From Peribolospora baueri (taxonomy: Eukaryota): a DNA stretch of 64,000 nucleotides. Below are positions 58,994-64,000 of the stretch, one piece after another; position 1 is the stretch's first letter, and each line of letters starts with the position of its first letter. Under the pieces are notes generated by a model that was not told where the DNA came from, ran no database searches, and was given only the letters and a program-made list of their open reading frames with translations. Where the stretch lies: the NCBI GenBank assembly GCA_029717555.1, contig JAMDHS010000039.1, positions 1 through 64,000 on the forward strand. Direction: 5' to 3'. The translations under genes and the position numbers were made by a program.

Positions 58994-59160
58994 TGCAGAG
59001 GCGGCCAAGCTATCCGTCGACCGTTCGTGTTCCGACTCGGATCGGATCGACTTGGACGATGGGCGAGCGAGCGAGTCTTCCCAAAAACCCAGCCGCCGCG
59101 CCCACCGCCAGCCACTCTTATGATCGGTTCGTTTCTGTAGAATGTGTGCGAGCGCGCCCT

Positions 59161-59204
59161 ATCGTCGTCGTCGTCGTTGTTGTTGTTGTTGTGGTGGTGG
59201 TGGT
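59161..59204. repeat. Compound (GTC)n(GTT)n(GTG)n microsatellite
   Basis: Adjacent in-phase triplet runs. Confidence 0.85.
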
Positions 59205-59556
59205 AGTGCTGTTGCTGGATGTTTGTCTTTACAGCGCGCCTCTGTACTGTATACCTCCTTCGCCGAATGAAACGAGCGAAGGGACGGATGGTTAGGGGTG
59301 CGATGGATGGTCACAAGAGGACTTGTTTTGGTTTCTAGGACGGCCCAAGTGGTTCGATTGGGGTAGATACAAGTCGCCTTCTTTCCGCATAATGAGTTTA
59401 TTTACGGGGGCGGGGCCCGAGGGGAAGAAAGAAGCAAGGACGAAGAGAAGCGGCGCGGCGAGCGAGTCCAGTCCATGATGGAGCGTTCGACGTCGTCGGA
59501 CGGTCGGACGGACGAGCGAGCACGACTGGCAGCGCTGGCCAAGCGTCCCGGGATGC

Positions 59557-62338
59557 TTAGGAAGGCGGCAGGTTGCACTGCTCGGTCGGGCGGAGTGCAC
59601 ACCAGAGCGGCTGGAGGGGGACGGCGGGAATGCCGCGCTGGACCATCCTGAATCGCACATCGTGCATCCTCGCCATCGCCTCGTTCACGCTCCGAAGCTT
59701 GCCGTCCGGACCCGTCGCGCCCGTCCAGAAGACCTCGGCGGGCGTGGCGGCGCGGGGCCTGAGAGGTCGCGACGAGTGGACGTCGATGCGTACGTGATCG
59801 AGACGAGGAGAAAAACAAGTCGCCCCGGTCAGACGGTCGGTTCGGTCTCGATCCCAGAACAAGGCGCACTCACCAAGCGTATTGATGGACGTTGGCAGCG
59901 TCCGTCTGCTCCGTCCAGAGCGCCGCCTCTCCGCCGAGGACGCGCTCTGCGCCGTTGTGAATTCCTTGGGTGCCATTCAGCTGAAGAGGGGAGGGCCGGG
60001 AAGGAGGTGCAGTACGATGTGACGATATCCATTGGAGGGGGAGAGGGGACCGGAGGTGTAAGCAAACAGGCCCATCGGAAGCCCGCGTCAGAGGAAACGT
60101 GTCCAGTCCTCGACGACTCACGGGATCAAAGGTGTACATTCGCTGCCAACTGTTATAGCTGCACCAGCTGGGAAACGGACGCGGAAAAGAGGGTGGCTCT
60201 CACTCAGTCTGCAGGGTAGGGCCCCGGCGATAGACGAGGCGAGGGTGTGGAAGAACGGCCGGCCTCACCTCTGGCCGGCAGGGTCGTTTCCGATCCTGGA
60301 AATGTCATGAGCGTCGTGGGTGGAATGTGTCCCCGAAGGAGGGCAGACACGATGTGAGCGTGTAGTCTCGTCTCTGCGGGCTTGGAAAAAAAGAGATGGA
60401 CACGGCTTGATTAGAGGGAGCTCACCATTCTGTGAGGACGGGATGATAAGACGAAAGGATAACAACAATGTCAGCGATGTGAGCCGGCGGACGTATCATC
60501 CAACGGACGGCCGAACTAGCGAGAAGAAAAAGAGAAAAGAAGGCGCTCACCTCCCATCCCGCAATCGAGATAGAAATGGTCGCTGGGGGCGTGGATGAGC
60601 CTGAGGTTGGGGTTATTGGGGTTGGCGAGCACTTGGGTGACGTGATCGCTGCTGGTCCAAACCTCGACGACGGTATCATTCCTCAGCGCCGCCGCCGTCG
60701 CGTTCCACCCGGCGGTGATGGCCATCTCCTCCCACACGACCGGCGTCCTGCCCTTGGCGGCGATCTTGGACTGGATGCCGGTGATCCATTGCTTGAGGTA
60801 AGGATCGGCGGCGGCAGGATCGGAGGCGCTCAGCCCATAGCAGGGCAGGTTTACCTCGTCCCCTCCGGAGGAAAAGGCCGAGCCGGGGAAAAGGGTGAGG
60901 ACGGCGGAGACGAGCCCTTCTGCGTACGTGCGCGCGGCGGTCGAGTTGAGCGTCAGCTGGCCCGACGGAGGTTCGTTGGCCACGGTCGTCCAGTCGAGGT
61001 TGTCGTGGCAGGAGACGAGATCGGGCTTTGTCTCATATATGATATCGGTGTGGCCGGGAAGGTCGATCTCCGGGATGATGTTGATGCCGCGCTGGAGGTA
61101 GAGTGGAACGAGGTCGAGGAACGGACGGGTAAAGAGATGGGAAGGACGACAAAGGCAAAAATCGTCAGCCGCGGCATCGTCATCCAAAGAAGGAGATGGA
61201 CGACACAGTATGAGACGCACCTCTGCCGCATACTGAACCAAGTCCTTGACGTCTTGCTCGGTGTAGACGTCGTCGGAAGAGTAAGCGCCATTGGTCGACA
61301 GCGCCTCGTATCCGGGCACGACGAGCGGGAAAGACTGAGAGTCGACGACGTGCCAATGGAAGTTGTTCACTTGGGAGCGGGTGACAAGAATAGGAGTGTG
61401 TCAATCGTTCGAACCCTCCTTGACGGGACGGACGACTCACGCTTGACCATGTACATTGCGTCAAAGGTGGTCTTCAGGTCTTTGACGGGAATGTAATTGC
61501 TGTGCGAGAAAGGATGAAGGGTCGTGTAAAAAAGAAAGAAAGAAAGAAAAAAGAAAGAATCAGCCGCCATGTTGCTCGCTGGGCCGACCGACGACGACCT
61601 ATTACTCACCGAGCCGTATCAAGCATGAAACCCCTAAGCGGGGCGGCAGAAAGAAGGGAGACAGACAGACGATCGACGACGTTAGCGGGCCTTGGCTCTC
61701 TCCTTCGGCTCCGGCGGGCACACCTACCTGTACGGGAACGCCGGCTTGTCGTGGATCTGGACGGGAGCGTTGGGGGTATAGACGTTGTTGCTCTTGTTGG
61801 CGGGGGCACGACGCTTGCCGTTGGCGGAGGAGGACGGGAGGGTGTAAAAGAGCTGCTCAAAGGTGGTCAGGCCCCTGAGCGCGCCCACGGCGTTGGCCGC
61901 CTCGAGCGTTGCGGCGGAGCCATCGGCGGGAACGGTGAGGGTGTACGACTCGTCGAGCTCTCCGACGGGTGTCGAGGTGACGAGGTCATACAAGCTCTTT
62001 TGCGCTCCTTGGCCGGTGGTGAGCTTGATCTGAAGCGAGGCGAGCTGGTGGGCGGAGGCAAAAGCGGAGGAGTAGTTGGCGCCCCTTCCGATCTGGAGGA
62101 TCTGGAGGTTGTCGGAGCGGAGGTTGGAAGAGGAGCGGGAGATGGCGGCCAGGAGGTCCGAGGGCGCGCCGGAGGGGGGGTTGATGTTGAAGGAGGGGGA
62201 GAGGGCGACAAGGGTGTGGCCGTAGGAGGCGTTGCGTGGGTTGGGCCAGACGGCCAGCGCGGGAGAGGGGGTGGTGACGACGAGAAGGAGGGAGAGAAGG
62301 GGCGCAAGGAGCGTGAGGGAGAGGACGAGGCGAGCCAT
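59557..62338 (-). CDS. Secreted beta-N-acetylhexosaminidase (GH20), multi-exon
   Basis: Signal peptide then VWPNPR; DESYTL; IHDKPAFPYR|GFMLDTAR; FHWHVVDSQSFP; PEIDLPGHT; catalytic GGDEVN; GGEAALWTEQ; WPRA; RFRMVQRG...LQPLWC. Confidence 0.95.
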
Positions 62339-62480
62339 GACGGGCGCCCGTTGCGTTGCGTTGTCTGTCTGTTTGTCTGTCGTTCGTTCGTTCGTCCGAC
62401 AGACGAATGGTTGGGAGAGGAAGCAGAGGAACAAGTTGAGCGACGGCAAAAGCGTTCTTATGGCGTCTCTCTCCGTCGGT

Positions 62481-62533
62481 GGGTCGCACAGACAGGGTCG
62501 CACAGACAGGGTCGCACAGACAGGGTCGCACAG
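62481..62533. repeat. 14-bp minisatellite (GGGTCGCACAGACA) x3.8
   Basis: Perfect tandem copies upstream of the hexosaminidase ATG. Confidence 0.9.
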
Positions 62534-63104
62534 CAAGCAAGACAGCGCGCGTGTCTGCAGGTCCACGGCGCATTGCAAAGATATGAGGATGTGGCTAGGA
62601 ACGCATCTGTGCATATGCACCTAGTTAGGACGACGCAGAGGGGAGAGGGGACAGAGCGCTCGGTCGTGCACGAGACCCGGTCTGGTGGGCGTGATAAGAA
62701 GAAAACGCGGGGACGACGCCAAGGTGGACGGAGAGCGGGCCGAGGCGAGGCGAGGCGTTGGACGACGACGCAAGCGGTGGACGAAGGAGATGATGATCCA
62801 AGTCAGGTCAACGCCATGCAAGCAAAGCCAGGACGAGAGCTGCTCATCGCTCTCGCTCGGCCTTCCTTGTCCGCTCTCCCCTCCGTCGAGGCTGATCAGA
62901 TAGATGGATCAGATCAGATGACCCAAGCCGGCACCTCACGCCTCGTCGGTTCGGCCACGAGTAGGGTTATGATCGCTGCGGCCGGCTGTCGAAGAGCGGA
63001 GCGGTCATCGTAAATGGTGAATGGATGACGGCACACAAGGCCGCCTTTCTTCGCACCCTTCCTTCTGGATGAGATCAGGGCGAGGCTCGACTCACCCACC
63101 ACTC

Positions 63105-64000
63105 ATGACGGCCCTCCCCCCCATCACCACCTCCTCCTCCGTCACCTCTTCCCCATCCGTAGCCTCGCCCATCTCCGTCGCCTTTGCGGCCGCCGCGGCG
63201 AGCAGGATGCCGGGCGGGGTCGACGTGGTTAAAGCGTATGAGGAGAGGTGAGCAGACTGGACAGACCGCCGGCCGGTCGGTCGAACCGCCTCATCCCGTC
63301 CTTCTCCTGACGAAAATGCCCCGCTCGCCTCCCGCACGTCTCCCTTCCAGCCTGGTATCGGACCCACAGCTGCCCATGCCCATCGCAGCCATGCTCGCCA
63401 TGGCTGCCTTTGTGGCTGATTCCAAAGGTGCGCCTCCGCCTTTTCTCTTTTCTTCCATTCGTCTCGATCCCACTCACGGCCTCCCATGCCCTCCCTTCCT
63501 TCCACCTGCATATTCGAAACCCAGCCTCGACGATGCAAGAAATGCTGGAAGAGCTTCGATCAGCCTCCCAGTGCCTCAAGGACGCCATCCCCAACCCCGT
63601 CTCGCTGACCGCCGGACTCGACTTGTTCGTGCGGTTCGTCATCACCAAGCGGTGGGAGGGCGATGTGCGTGTCGTTCCCAGCCTTTTTTTCTCTCCTTCT
63701 TCTCCTTCTTCCCTTTTTTTTTGTTTCCACCGGAACGAAGAAAAGGAAGGAGCCGCAGACATCGCCTGACGCCCTCGTGGATCCGCCTTCTGCCTTCTTC
63801 CTCCTCTCTCCTCCCGCATCCCGCACCCACCCCTTGGCAGGACTTTCCATCGCACAAAGCCTCCATCGTCTCCCAAGCTCGTGCCTTTGCCCTCAACGCG
63901 GCACCCAACTGTCGGGAGAAGATTGTGGAGCTGACGATGCCCTTCATTCGGGATGGGGCGGTGAGTCCAGCCCCATGGCGGGGACGAGCGATGTCGTATC
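63105..64000 (+). CDS. GCN3: Translation initiation factor eIF2B alpha subunit, 5' part (runs off the window)
   Basis: VDVVKAYEE; PIAAMLAM; ASTMQEM...LKDAIPNPVSLTAGLDLFVRFV; CREKIVELTMPFIRDGA; exons bounded by GT-AG. Confidence 0.85.

Noticed and set aside
59118..59146. U3 snoRNA box A-like sequence (GGTTCGTTTCTGTAG)
   Set aside because: Several mismatches, and no downstream U3 boxes C', B, C or D in the right order.
58049..59298. Telomerase RNA template (CCCTAACC at 58051-58058; GGTTAGGG at 59290-59297)
   Set aside because: Only 8-nt matches, with no pseudoknot or P6.1 element found. Long-range pairings here can be explained by purine/pyrimidine skew in convergent 3'UTRs.
61502..63013. 503-aa + strand ORF, and similar long antisense ORFs (60576-61496, 55639-56508, 35112-36125, 45721-46626)
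   Set aside because: Shadow ORFs opposite real genes, expected from high GC3 codon usage.
21657..64000. Functional cluster of proteostasis/translation genes (HSBP1, RQT4, DnaJ, DPH7, GCN3)
   Set aside because: Common housekeeping categories interspersed with unrelated genes; no evidence beyond chance.

Overview
Eukaryotic, GC-rich, intron-rich fungal DNA, most consistent with a basidiomycete (GTGAGT/GTGCGT donors, CTGAC/CTAAC branch points, short introns). Most ORF-track entries are exon fragments or shadow ORFs. Genes reconstructed by eye, in order: DUF1746-type membrane protein (partial), Scm3/HJURP-like CENP-A chaperone, a 1615-aa disordered protein, Tel1/ATM kinase, HSBP1-like, arrestin-fold paralog 1, HIT protein, Rqt4/ASC-1 zinc finger, arrestin-fold paralog 2, J-domain protein, arrestin-fold paralog 3, a GH79 gene relic beside a nested repeat array, a secreted Ser/Thr-rich protein, DUF726/Mil1-like, F-box-like, Dph7, MTHFR, GH20 hexosaminidase and eIF2B-alpha (partial). 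The most notable unexplained signal is a non-coding region of about 700 nt just after the Scm3 stop codon. It folds on the + strand into nested helices around a gap-free 56-bp G-U-rich stem, suggesting a structured RNA or milRNA precursor. Other highlights: a second structured-RNA candidate between MTHFR and the hexosaminidase; a three-gene arrestin-like family sharing an intron position and Cys/LPxY/CxCG motifs; 4-, 6- and 9-nt micro-exons; a GC-AG intron; and paired CACGTG boxes in three bidirectional promoters. All family calls come from motif recognition, not database searches.
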